NCBI GenBank assembly: GCA_964497315.1
Contig: CAZCCH010000006.1
Span: 11,830-75,829 of the forward strand
Reading direction: 5' to 3'
Length of the DNA stretch: 64,000 nucleotides
Origin: an uncultured Planctomycetia bacterium
Lineage (GTDB): Bacteria; Omnitrophota; Gorgyraeia; Taenaricolales; CAZCCH01
A program made the translations under genes and the position numbers. The notes beneath the pieces were generated by a model that did no database searches, was not told where the DNA came from, and worked only from the letters and a program-made list of their open reading frames with translations. Shown piece by piece: positions 40,781 through 50,648 of the stretch (positions are counted from its first letter, which is position 1; each line of letters begins with the position of its first letter).

Positions 40781-41485
40781 ATGAAAAAATCATTAGTTAT
40801 CATACCGACATACAATGAGAAGGAAAATGTAGCGTCTGTTTCTGAAAAGGCACTACAGGTTGATTCAGATCTTGAAATACTTTTTATCGATGACAACTCC
40901 CCAGATGGCACGGGTAAGATTTTGGATGATCTAAGCCAGAAAGAACCCAGGATACATGTGATACATAGATCCTGCCGCATGGGCTTAGGCACTGCATATG
41001 TAGAAGGTTTTAAGTATGCCATAGATAAGGGTTTTGAATATGTTTTAGAGATGGATGCTGATGGTCAGCATGACCCAAAGTATATTACTGAACTGATATC
41101 AAACTGCGATGAAAATGATCTTGTAATTGGCTCTAGATATAAAGGGGGAATAAGATTTTTTAATATAACCTTAGCCAGGATAATACTGGCAACGCTGGCC
41201 AATAAATACATAAGATTTATAACCGGAATGGATATTGCAGATAGTACTAGTGGATTAAGATGCTACAAGAGAAAAGTCTTAGAGGCTATTGATTTAGATG
41301 CTGTATGTTCCAAGGGGTTTGCTTTTCAGATAGAGATGGCATATAGGACATGGAAGAAAGGGTTTAAGATATTTGAATTACCAATAATATTTTACAACAG
41401 AGATAAGGGTACCTCTAAGATGTCAAGGCATATTGTATTTGAAGCGTTTTTTATGGTATTGCGACTGAAACTTAAGGTTAGGTAG
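40781..41485 (+). CDS. GT2 polyprenyl-phosphate sugar synthase (DPM1/ArnC-like)
   Basis: 'LVIIPTYNEKENV...ILFIDDNSPDGT...DADGQHDP' is the canonical DPM1-like GT-A. Confidence 0.8.
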   Translation: MKKSLVIIPTYNEKENVASVSEKALQVDSDLEILFIDDNSPDGTGKILDDLSQKEPRIHVIHRSCRMGLGTAYVEGFKYAIDKGFEYVLEMDADGQHDPKYITELISNCDENDLVIGSRYKGGIRFFNITLARIILATLANKYIRFITGMDIADSTSGLRCYKRKVLEAIDLDAVCSKGFAFQIEMAYRTWKKGFKIFELPIIFYNRDKGTSKMSRHIVFEAFFMVLRLKLKVR

Positions 41486-41489
41486 ATAT

Positions 41490-42995
41490 ATGGCAGAATT
41501 TGTATTCCTTTACCCCAAGACCGGGTTAGATGTGGGTGGAGCCGTAGCACCTCCTTTTTCATCTATGTATGCATCGGCCCTTTTGCACAAAAAGGGACAT
41601 AAAGTTCGTATTATAGATCAACGTAAAGAAGGAGACTGGAAGGAGGCATTGAAGGTTGCCTTAAAGAGCAAGCCAGTCTTTGTGGGTATAACTACTATGA
41701 CAGGCCCACAGATAAAATTTGCAATAGAGATGGCTTTGTATACAAAAGAACACAGCTCAGTTCCGATAGTATGGGGCGGACCTCACCCTACCATACTACC
41801 CCGGCAGACCTTAGAAAGCAAATATTGCGATATAGTAGTAATCAATGAAGGCGAAGAGACGGTGTTTGAGCTTGGGGAGGCCATGATAAAGAATGAATCC
41901 TTGGATGCAATAAGGGGAATCTATTACAAAGATAAAGCTAATGTCCAAATCCATGCAAACCCACCAAGGGGTTTTGTGGATGTTAACACGCTGCCTGATA
42001 CACCATGGGAACTCATAGATGTGGAGAAATATATTTTTAAGTCGTTTTACATCAAGAAGAAATTAAACAGGGTTTTGGATATAGGTGAGACATCCAGGGG
42101 GTGTCCTTTTAAGTGCGGGTATTGCTCAAATAGTCAGATAAAGAAGAGTACGTGGCGTCCCATGACTCCAGAGAAATCTCTTAAAAAGATAATATCTGAT
42201 GTGAAAAGGTTTAACCTGGATGGCATATGGATTAGGGATGATAATTTCTTCGTAGATCTAAAAAGAGTCAGGTATATATGTGAAGGTATTTTAGGGCATA
42301 ATCTGAATATTGGCTGGTACACAGCTGGTACTAGGGCCAATGACATAAATCGTATGGATGATGAACTATTAAGACTTATAAAGAAAAGCGGCTGTGAGAC
42401 ATTTAAGATCGGTGCTGAATCAGGAAGCAATAGGGTGCTTAAGTATATAAAAAAGGTGCAGACAAAAGAAGATATACTCAATGCCAACAGAAAGGTTATT
42501 AAGTTTGACATAGACCCTATATATACTTTTATAATAGGTTTTCCCGCTGAGACCAAAGAAGATATGATAGAGACTATAGAGACAATGAAGCAGGTGCAGA
42601 AAGAAAACAGGCATGCAATGATTGATGCGCTGAATATGTTTACACCCCATAAGGCCACAGCGCTTTATAACGATGCCCTGGGAATGGGACTAAAAGAGCC
42701 AAAGCGACTTGAAGAGTGGCAGACATGGTTTTTTAGAGGAGCAAACAACACCCCCTGGTTTTCTAAGAAAGAACAAACATTTATAACGAATGCCTGTGAT
42801 GCAAGTGTTTACTATGAGAATGTAAGGAGATTTTTCGACTCTATCAATAATTCGTTTATCAGAGTAACTCTAAAGATTTTGATGTATCTTCCGGAAAAGT
42901 ACTTCAGGTTTAAATGGAAGCACAACCTTTTTGGTCCTGATCCAGCATTCTCCATTATGCGTTTTGCCAGGAATATGTTTCTTAAGGAGCGTTAG
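41490..42995 (+). CDS. B12-binding domain radical SAM protein, paralog 3
   Basis: 'VWGGPHPTILP', 'SRGCPFKCGYC'. Confidence 0.8.
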   Translation: MAEFVFLYPKTGLDVGGAVAPPFSSMYASALLHKKGHKVRIIDQRKEGDWKEALKVALKSKPVFVGITTMTGPQIKFAIEMALYTKEHSSVPIVWGGPHPTILPRQTLESKYCDIVVINEGEETVFELGEAMIKNESLDAIRGIYYKDKANVQIHANPPRGFVDVNTLPDTPWELIDVEKYIFKSFYIKKKLNRVLDIGETSRGCPFKCGYCSNSQIKKSTWRPMTPEKSLKKIISDVKRFNLDGIWIRDDNFFVDLKRVRYICEGILGHNLNIGWYTAGTRANDINRMDDELLRLIKKSGCETFKIGAESGSNRVLKYIKKVQTKEDILNANRKVIKFDIDPIYTFIIGFPAETKEDMIETIETMKQVQKENRHAMIDALNMFTPHKATALYNDALGMGLKEPKRLEEWQTWFFRGANNTPWFSKKEQTFITNACDASVYYENVRRFFDSINNSFIRVTLKILMYLPEKYFRFKWKHNLFGPDPAFSIMRFARNMFLKER

Positions 42996-44435
42996 ATGAA
43001 GATCTTGCTTTTAGTACCAGCGTATACCGCAGAAAAAAGGTATGGTAAGCAAATAACTAGGATAGGCAGTGTCATGTCCTTGCCGCCTCTGGGGTTAGGA
43101 TATATTGCTGCCAATTTGGAGAAACATGGACATACAGTCAAAATATTTGATTTAGCAGCAGCAGCTATATCAGATGAAGACTTGATTCGCAATATAAGAA
43201 ACTCATCATATGATGCTGTAGGTATCTATGTTATGACACCTATGTATCCGTATTTTGTAGAGTTAGTAAAAATACTAAAGGAGAAATTTAAGGCTATACC
43301 AATAATAGCCGGCGGACCACATCCTACGGTATTACCAGAGCAGGCATTGAATGAAAATCCTGGACTTGACTATATAGTAGTCGGCGAAGGAGAGATCACT
43401 ATATTAGAATTACTAGATGGTATATCTGGTAAAAAAGATTTAGCGCAGATAGAGGGCATTGCCTATAGAGAGGAAGGTCAGATTAAAGTTACCCTTAGAA
43501 GACCATTAATAGAGGATTTAGATTCCCTGCCTAGAATTGCCTATCATTTGTTTGATATGGAAAAATATATCCCAGCCCCGGATTCTTACAGAAGATTTCC
43601 TGCAACGCATATGATGCGAAGCCGAGGCTGCCCGTTTAATTGTATTTACTGTTCCAATAAAACTATGTTTGGCAGAAAGGTAAGGACGCATTCGGTTGAG
43701 AGAGTTGTATCAGATATAAGCTTTTTGAAAGAACACTACAACATAAAAGAGATTTTTTTCTGGGATGATATTTTTACAGTAAACAGAAAGTGGGTTGAAG
43801 AATTTTGCGAGAAGATAAAAAAAGAAGCACCCATAAGCTGGTCTTGCAATACAAGGGTAGATATGGTAGATGAGGTCTTACTTAAAAAGATGAAACAAGC
43901 AAGTTGTTGGCAGATACATTTTGGCATAGAATCAGGAAACCAAAGATTACTTGATTTAATAAAAAAGCAGATTACCTTAGATCAGGTTGAGCAGGCAATG
44001 AGGCTTACGCGAAAGGTAGGTATACAGACTAGGGCGTATTATATGCTAGGTCTACCAACAGAGACGCCCCAGGAGAGCCTTGAATCTATAAGGTTTATAA
44101 AGAGAATAAGACCATCTTATAGTATGGTTGGTTTAGCATCGCCATATCCTGGAACAGAATTCGCCCAGATGGTTAAAGATGAAATAGAAGATATCTCTTG
44201 GGATAATTATGCAGTTATAGGTGGATTTACCGGAAAACAACGTCCTTATGTGCCAAAGGGGCGAAGTTCCGAAGAATTAAACAGACTTCAGGTAAAGGCC
44301 TTCAGGAGTTTTTATCTAGACCCCAGGACTATGCTTCGACATCTATGGAATATGAAGACCCCCAGTGAATTCAAGCGTCACCTAAGAGGTTTTTTTGCGT
44401 TACTTGCAGCTGGACCTAGAAAGGATGACAAGTGA
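42996..44435 (+). CDS. B12-binding domain radical SAM protein, paralog 4
   Basis: 'IAGGPHPTVLPE', 'SRGCPFNCIYC'. Directly abuts paralog 3. Confidence 0.8.
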   Translation: MKILLLVPAYTAEKRYGKQITRIGSVMSLPPLGLGYIAANLEKHGHTVKIFDLAAAAISDEDLIRNIRNSSYDAVGIYVMTPMYPYFVELVKILKEKFKAIPIIAGGPHPTVLPEQALNENPGLDYIVVGEGEITILELLDGISGKKDLAQIEGIAYREEGQIKVTLRRPLIEDLDSLPRIAYHLFDMEKYIPAPDSYRRFPATHMMRSRGCPFNCIYCSNKTMFGRKVRTHSVERVVSDISFLKEHYNIKEIFFWDDIFTVNRKWVEEFCEKIKKEAPISWSCNTRVDMVDEVLLKKMKQASCWQIHFGIESGNQRLLDLIKKQITLDQVEQAMRLTRKVGIQTRAYYMLGLPTETPQESLESIRFIKRIRPSYSMVGLASPYPGTEFAQMVKDEIEDISWDNYAVIGGFTGKQRPYVPKGRSSEELNRLQVKAFRSFYLDPRTMLRHLWNMKTPSEFKRHLRGFFALLAAGPRKDDK

Positions 44436-45418
44436 GTCAAGGCCTTTCTTTTTCTGTAATTGTACCTGCATACAACAGCGAGCGTACAATAGAAGTGGCA
44501 CTGAATAGCATATTTAAATCTGAATATAAGGCCTTTGAGGTAATCGTAGTAGATGATGCCTCATCAGATAGGACTGCAAGGATAGCGAGCGAATTTGATT
44601 GCAAGCTCATAAGCCTAGATGAGACAAAAGGAGCCGCTACCGCCAGAAATACAGGTGCCGCGCAAGCAAATGCCGAGATACTTGTATTTATAGATTCAGA
44701 TGTTATTGTAGAAGGGGATTTTTTGGCTCGCTTTAAGGAAACATTTGATAAGACTAATGCCGATTCAGTAGTAGGAATGTATAGCAGAGAGATAATTTTT
44801 TCTAACCCGCTATCAGTATACAAAAACCTTTTTTTACACTTTAACCAAGATAACGATAGCATGAGGTTCTGGAGTGGGTGTGCGGCTATAAAAAAGGATG
44901 TATTTTTTAAACTGGAGGGTTTTAACGAGAAGAAAAAAGGTTCATTGGCCTCAGAAGATACAGAACTTGGTTATGCCTTGAGTGCTTCGGGCTACAAGAT
45001 AGAAATAGACCGCAAGATATGTGTAAGACATAATCACAAATATACATTTAAGAAATTACTAAAGAATGATTTTCTTAAGACAGCTGAGTGGTTAAAGATA
45101 CTCTTTCAGAGCAGAAAAAGAAAATCTTGTAAGAAAGGTTATTACCTTAATTTAAGAAATTTATTATCTTTGTTGTGTGTATTCTTTGGTTTGGTATCTA
45201 TGATTTTATTGCCAACAGCAGGAGAAGTGAGGTTTATGCATTTGACATTAGTGAGTTGCCTTTTAGTATTTCTTGCTGTCAATATTAGGTTCTATGCACT
45301 GCTTGCAAGAAAGGGAGGGGTTATATTTTTGCTCCTAGGACCGTTGTTTCATATAGCAAGCAGCATAGCTGCCATTTTTGGAATAGGATATGCAATACTT
45401 AACTTATCTAAAACATAG
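44432..45418 (+). CDS. GT2 glycosyltransferase with C-terminal transmembrane segments
   Basis: GTG start. 'FSVIVPAYNSERTIEVALNSI...VIVVDDASSD' GT-A. Two C-terminal TM helices. Confidence 0.75.
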   Translation: MSQGLSFSVIVPAYNSERTIEVALNSIFKSEYKAFEVIVVDDASSDRTARIASEFDCKLISLDETKGAATARNTGAAQANAEILVFIDSDVIVEGDFLARFKETFDKTNADSVVGMYSREIIFSNPLSVYKNLFLHFNQDNDSMRFWSGCAAIKKDVFFKLEGFNEKKKGSLASEDTELGYALSASGYKIEIDRKICVRHNHKYTFKKLLKNDFLKTAEWLKILFQSRKRKSCKKGYYLNLRNLLSLLCVFFGLVSMILLPTAGEVRFMHLTLVSCLLVFLAVNIRFYALLARKGGVIFLLLGPLFHIASSIAAIFGIGYAILNLSKT

Positions 45419-46520
45419 CAAGAAACTTCTTTTTAAAAACAATGCCTTGCCTGAACAGGTAACATTTTTTGTTACACCAAAGTGCAATGCAAGGTGCAAA
45501 CACTGTTTTGCCTGGCAGAGCCTGAATGATACAACCAAGGCAGAGTTATCCTTAGAAGAAATAGAAAAGATATCAAAGACTATGGGACATTTTACTTATC
45601 TTTTGCTTGGAGGTGGAGAGCCTTTTATAAGAGAGGACTTAGCAGAGATAGTAAAGATATTCTACCGCAATAACAATGTATTGAATGTTTCTATTTCAAC
45701 AAATGGCTTCTTTACTGAGCGTACGGCCACATTAGTAAAAGAGGTCCTGAAGGATTTTAAAAATAGCCTGACCATAAATGTTTCATTAGATGAAGTGGGC
45801 GATGACCATGATGAGTTTAGGCAGTTACCTGGTTTGTTTAAAAAGGCAACAGATACCTACCGGCTCCTAAAGGAGTTAAAGAAGGAATATCCAAAACTTA
45901 ATGCCGGTATTATAATGACATGCACTCCCTTTAATCAAGAGAGATTGAATCGGACGTACAATTGGCTAAAGGAGAATCTAAAACCATATTCTGTTGTTCT
46001 AAACTATATGCGCGGTGAGATAAAGGGCAAAGAGGAACTACCTGAAACAGACTTATCGGCATATGAAGATATAATGCGTATAATAGAAAAAGATAACCTC
46101 TCTGGGCAATTACCAGGCCATGGCAATTTTTGTTTTTCTAATTTTAATATCGCATCCAAGATACTTATGCGCAAGATGATAAGTAACACTGTAAGGACGA
46201 ATACATTTCAGGCACCTTGTTTTGCAGGGATATTGAATTGTGTGCTATGGTATAACGGGGATTTGTATCCATGCGAGATGCTTGATATGAAAATAGGTTC
46301 ATTAAGACAGAACGGTTACGATTTTATGAAGGCATGGAATTCTAATGAGGCAAAGAAAATCAGGCGCTTTATAAAAGAGACTAAGTGTTTTTGCACAGAA
46401 GAATGCAATATCAATATGAATATATTATTTAATATGCAGTTTTTGCCAAAACTTTTGGGGGGTGTGGCCAAGGTACGTGCGAATAGATTGCTTAAGAAGG
46501 TAAAGAGATGGCAAAGATAA
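45390..46520 (+). CDS. Radical SAM protein with C-terminal SPASM/twitch-like Cys-rich domain
   Basis: 'TPKCNARCKHC' CxxxCxxC. C-terminal 'CFAGILNC...YPCEML...CFCTEECNIN' auxiliary-cluster cysteines. No B12 domain. Confidence 0.7.
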   Translation: MQYLTYLKHSKKLLFKNNALPEQVTFFVTPKCNARCKHCFAWQSLNDTTKAELSLEEIEKISKTMGHFTYLLLGGGEPFIREDLAEIVKIFYRNNNVLNVSISTNGFFTERTATLVKEVLKDFKNSLTINVSLDEVGDDHDEFRQLPGLFKKATDTYRLLKELKKEYPKLNAGIIMTCTPFNQERLNRTYNWLKENLKPYSVVLNYMRGEIKGKEELPETDLSAYEDIMRIIEKDNLSGQLPGHGNFCFSNFNIASKILMRKMISNTVRTNTFQAPCFAGILNCVLWYNGDLYPCEMLDMKIGSLRQNGYDFMKAWNSNEAKKIRRFIKETKCFCTEECNINMNILFNMQFLPKLLGGVAKVRANRLLKKVKRWQR

Positions 46521-47893
46521 AGGCAACCCTCACATTTCCCAGGTTTAAGTATGTTTCAGGTGACCCGCCTTTAGGGATTTGCTATATTGCATCGTATTTA
46601 AGGCAACACGAGGACGCAGAGGTATCCATATTAGATACTACCTTTAATCATTCCATGCGTTATTGCAAGGAGTTTTTAGAGGAGAAATCACCTGATATAG
46701 TAGGCGTGTTTGTTGATACGCTTATGTTTAATGATGCGCTTGAGGTCATTAACCTAGCTAAACAGATGGGTGCTTTTACAGTAGCGGGGGGACCACATGC
46801 TACTATCTTACCCTGCACCCTTGTAGATGCAGCGGATGTGGTAGTCACAGGAGAAGGTGAACGTACATTCACACATATAGCAAGGGCACTCAATCATGGT
46901 TGGGACATGTCAGATATACCAGGTATTTGCTATAAGAAAAATGGCAAGATTATTGAGAATGACCCTGCTTGTTCGCAAGAGCCACTGGATTCATTGCCAT
47001 TTCCAGCAATTGACTTGCTTGATATGAAAGACTATTTGAAATATTGGTATTACCTTGATTGTGTGGATATGGGTCTAAAGGGTACTACCATGATAACCTC
47101 AAGGGGTTGTCCTTTTGGATGCACGTATTGCCAGCCAACGCTGAATAATATATTTGGAAGAAAACTAAGACACCGCAGTCCATTAAACGTTGTTTCAGAG
47201 ATGAAATTTTTAAACAAAAATTATGGCATAAACGCCATCTTTTTCCATGATGATACTATGACGGTTAATAAGGAATGGATTTTAGAATTTTGCAATTTAC
47301 TGGAAGATGCAAGGCTAGATATGCTCTGGGGATGCAACAGCAGGATGAACACAATAGATTCACAAGTACTAGAGAGGATGCATAAAGTGGGCTTGCGCAA
47401 TATACACTTTGGCATTGAATCAGGTTCTCAGAAGACACTGGATGAGGTATATAAAAAAGGCATTAAGCTTGAAGATGTCTCAGAGAAACTTAAACTTACA
47501 AAGCATATGGGCATACATACCTTTGGATTCTTTATGCTGGGGGCACCCGAAGAAACAAGAGAAGACATAAAGAGGACAATTGATTTTGCAGTTTCGCTAG
47601 ATTTAGATGAAGCCTCGTTTTCTATTACAAACCCACTCCCCGGGACGCATCTATATGACATGGTAGCCCAAGATGAAAGGTACAGCATAAGTGAGGATTA
47701 TTCGGATTTTGATTACTACAGGAATAGGGCGTGGACAAATGGCTTTTTGAGTCCTCAAAAACTTAAGGATTACCAGAGGAAAGCATTATTGCGGTTTTAT
47801 CTACATCCCAAGCGGTTTGGATATATGCGCAGGCACTTTACATCCAAGGCCGGTGCTGTCAAATTATGTAATAAACTTAGGAGGTTTTTCTAG
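46508..47893 (+). CDS. B12-binding domain radical SAM protein, paralog 5
   Basis: 'VAGGPHATILP', 'SRGCPFGCTYC'. Confidence 0.8.
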   Translation: MAKIKATLTFPRFKYVSGDPPLGICYIASYLRQHEDAEVSILDTTFNHSMRYCKEFLEEKSPDIVGVFVDTLMFNDALEVINLAKQMGAFTVAGGPHATILPCTLVDAADVVVTGEGERTFTHIARALNHGWDMSDIPGICYKKNGKIIENDPACSQEPLDSLPFPAIDLLDMKDYLKYWYYLDCVDMGLKGTTMITSRGCPFGCTYCQPTLNNIFGRKLRHRSPLNVVSEMKFLNKNYGINAIFFHDDTMTVNKEWILEFCNLLEDARLDMLWGCNSRMNTIDSQVLERMHKVGLRNIHFGIESGSQKTLDEVYKKGIKLEDVSEKLKLTKHMGIHTFGFFMLGAPEETREDIKRTIDFAVSLDLDEASFSITNPLPGTHLYDMVAQDERYSISEDYSDFDYYRNRAWTNGFLSPQKLKDYQRKALLRFYLHPKRFGYMRRHFTSKAGAVKLCNKLRRFF

Positions 47894-47896
47894 AAA

Positions 47897-49342
47897 ATGC
47901 ATATAAGTTTTATAAATTCTCTTTTAGGTGGAGATTTTAGTGCGCTAGATATTGCCATTACAGCCTTAGCTACATACATAAATGAAAAAACTGAACATTC
48001 TGCTAGCATTATAGACCTTACTTTTCACCATAGACATTGGCAGAAGACTCTAGCCGAAGGTATAGAAAAGCATAGACCAGACATTATAGGTGTTTCATCC
48101 AACACTATGTATATGAAGTATGTAACAACGATAATAAAAGAGGTTAAAGAAAAGTTTAATCTCCCTGTAATACTTGGAGGACATCACGCATCGATATATC
48201 CACAGCAGACCCTTGATATACCGGAATGCGACTATGTAATTGTAGGAGACGCCGAGAGGGCATTGACGCAGCTTTTAGATAAGTTATCTAAAAATGAACC
48301 ATTGGAGGATATTGAAGGCCTTTGGGCTAAACACAACGGCAGTCTCATAAAGAATCCAGGGGGTCACTTTAGACAGAACCTGGATGATCTACCTATACCC
48401 AATTGGGATTTATGGGAAGACCTTGATAAGTATTTTTATCACTTAGGGATGCTTTACATAATAGGCAGCAGGGGTTGCCCCTATAGGTGCACATACTGCG
48501 ATGCGCATGGTATAGCAAAGGCTGTTGGCGGGAGATATTTTCGTATGCGTGATCCAATAGCATACGCAAGAGAAATAGCATATCAATGGAAGAAGTACAA
48601 AGGAAGAAATTTACGCCTTGCCCAGCTGTTCGACCCGGTATTTACTATGGATTCAGCTTGGATAGATGCATTTTCTGATGAATACAGGGCGCAGGGTATA
48701 GAAAAGGAGTTTAGATACAGCGCATTCTCAAGAATAGATCACCTTGATGAGCACAAGATAAAGACCATGGCAAAATCAGGATGTGCCCTTTTAAGAGTAG
48801 GCATTGAAGCGGGTGATTCTTATATACGAAATGAGGTTTACAAAAAGAAAATTTCTGGTGATGCCATAAAAAATATCTTTAAGCTTGCAGGGGAAAACGG
48901 TATAGGCTTTACAGCATTTTATATGTTAGGAGGCCCTGCAGAAACGCCCAAGACAGTAGAAAAGACCATAAATCTGGCATACGAATTAGATGCCAATAGA
49001 TCTGCCTTCTTTATTTTTAAACCTTTTACCAAAGAGGCAGCAAAGCAGCTTATGGAGTATGGTGGTTGGATAGACCAGGATCGATGGGGCAAGGCAGATA
49101 ATATAACATTTGATGCGGTTGTACATACAAAGGAGCTTACGCCAAAACAGGTACAACTATACCAGATGAAGGCATATTTTCTTACATTTGGCAGGCGTCT
49201 TTTGAGGATGATTCGCAAACAGAAGTTAAGATATTTTACGAGGTTAATTGTGTATATGTTTAGGGGTTTAAGGGCAGGGTTAAACTTCTCATACCTTATA
49301 ACTTATTACCACATTTATGGCTATGACAATGTTGATAAATAA
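47897..49342 (+). CDS. B12-binding domain radical SAM protein, paralog 6
   Basis: 'ILGGHHASIYPQ', 'SRGCPYRCTYC'. Confidence 0.8.
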   Translation: MHISFINSLLGGDFSALDIAITALATYINEKTEHSASIIDLTFHHRHWQKTLAEGIEKHRPDIIGVSSNTMYMKYVTTIIKEVKEKFNLPVILGGHHASIYPQQTLDIPECDYVIVGDAERALTQLLDKLSKNEPLEDIEGLWAKHNGSLIKNPGGHFRQNLDDLPIPNWDLWEDLDKYFYHLGMLYIIGSRGCPYRCTYCDAHGIAKAVGGRYFRMRDPIAYAREIAYQWKKYKGRNLRLAQLFDPVFTMDSAWIDAFSDEYRAQGIEKEFRYSAFSRIDHLDEHKIKTMAKSGCALLRVGIEAGDSYIRNEVYKKKISGDAIKNIFKLAGENGIGFTAFYMLGGPAETPKTVEKTINLAYELDANRSAFFIFKPFTKEAAKQLMEYGGWIDQDRWGKADNITFDAVVHTKELTPKQVQLYQMKAYFLTFGRRLLRMIRKQKLRYFTRLIVYMFRGLRAGLNFSYLITYYHIYGYDNVDK

Positions 49343-50645
49343 TCAATACAAGAAGGTGTTTATTGTTCTGTTTATATTTCTTGTGGCCTTTGGCATAAGA
49401 GGGTTTTACATTGTCCAGACTGCCGACTATGTCGTTACTGCTGATGCCAAGGAATATGACAGTCTTGCGATGTCCATTGCAAGGGGCGAAGGCTTGGGTT
49501 ACAGTCCTGAGGCTGCAAAGGCCATGCGTTTTCACCCGGGACCTACTGCCCGGCGTGTGCCAGGATATCCCGTATTTATGTCGTTGATATACCTGATATT
49601 CGGACATTCTGTGGCTGCGGCTAGGATTGCGAATGCCCTCCTCGGTGCGGCGTCATGCGTCCTGATTTATTATCTGGCAGAACAGATAAAAGACAAAAGG
49701 GCCGGCCTTTTAGCCGGATATCTTGCGGCCGTTTATCCAGCATTTATTCTTATAAGATCGGGCGGAAGCGGAGACTTGGTTACGGAGACGCTTTTTATAT
49801 TTGTTCTTTTATGCTTCATGTTTTTGTTTTTAAGGTTTATAAGAAGACCCCGCATCGTGACTTCGCTCTTGGCAAGCATTGTACTCGGCGTTTTAATGCT
49901 TATAAAAAGCGCCGCAGCTTTATTCGGGCCATTTATATTTATCTGGTTTTTGTTTATCAAGGGATGGAGGCTGAAAGACCGTCTCATACGCGCCGCATTC
50001 ATTTTAGCAGTAGCCATGTTTGTAGTCATGCCGTGGGTGGTTAGAAATTATTTGATATTTGGACAACCAATTTATTCCACACAAGGAGGCTTAACTTTTT
50101 ACCTGAGCAACAATGCCGATGCAAAAGGGGCATGGGCGATTCCGCAAGGCGAGTATGACTATTATGAAGGTCTTAAGGGTAGAACCGATGAGCCGTTTGC
50201 CAATAAGGAATTGTTTTTAAGAGGTTTGGATTATGTGGGCAGCAATCTCAAGCAGATGCCTAAATTGGTGTTTATGAAAATCCTTGTGCTGTGGAATCCC
50301 TTTAATCCCGGCTACAGCATGTTTTACGGGATAATGCTATTTCTGTTTATCTTGGGATTTTTTATGCGCAAGGGGGTTTTTCAGGCCCAGGATTGGCGCT
50401 TTTTGCTTTTGCCGGTTTTATACTTTACTTTTATAGCAGCTGTGTTTCATGGCAAACCGAGGTTCAGGTTGCCGCTTGAGCCATTTCTGATAATAGCCGC
50501 ATCGGCCGTGTTGATATATCTTAAAGACAGATTAAAACGTCATGCCTTTGGGATATCTTTGGCAGTTTTGTTGGTTGTAAATGTAATTTTAAAAATTTAT
50601 TCATCGCCTATTAGTGGGTTTTTGGGGCACATTCTGGATAAATAA
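49317..50645 (+). CDS. GT-C membrane glycosyltransferase (ArnT/PMT-like), paralog 3 (higher-GC gene)
   Basis: '...RRVPGYPVFMSLIYLIFG...' loop and C-terminal 'RFRLPLEPFLIIAAS'. GC content is visibly higher than in flanking genes. Confidence 0.7.
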   Translation: MAMTMLINNQYKKVFIVLFIFLVAFGIRGFYIVQTADYVVTADAKEYDSLAMSIARGEGLGYSPEAAKAMRFHPGPTARRVPGYPVFMSLIYLIFGHSVAAARIANALLGAASCVLIYYLAEQIKDKRAGLLAGYLAAVYPAFILIRSGGSGDLVTETLFIFVLLCFMFLFLRFIRRPRIVTSLLASIVLGVLMLIKSAAALFGPFIFIWFLFIKGWRLKDRLIRAAFILAVAMFVVMPWVVRNYLIFGQPIYSTQGGLTFYLSNNADAKGAWAIPQGEYDYYEGLKGRTDEPFANKELFLRGLDYVGSNLKQMPKLVFMKILVLWNPFNPGYSMFYGIMLFLFILGFFMRKGVFQAQDWRFLLLPVLYFTFIAAVFHGKPRFRLPLEPFLIIAASAVLIYLKDRLKRHAFGISLAVLLVVNVILKIYSSPISGFLGHILDK

Positions 50646-50648
50646 ACA

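Noticed and set aside
49655..50044. 129-aa + strand alternative-frame ORF (and 49733..50029 on the - strand)
   Set aside because: It overlaps the GT-C gene at 49317 in another frame. Its length is explained by locally elevated GC, which lowers stop-codon frequency. It has no motifs.
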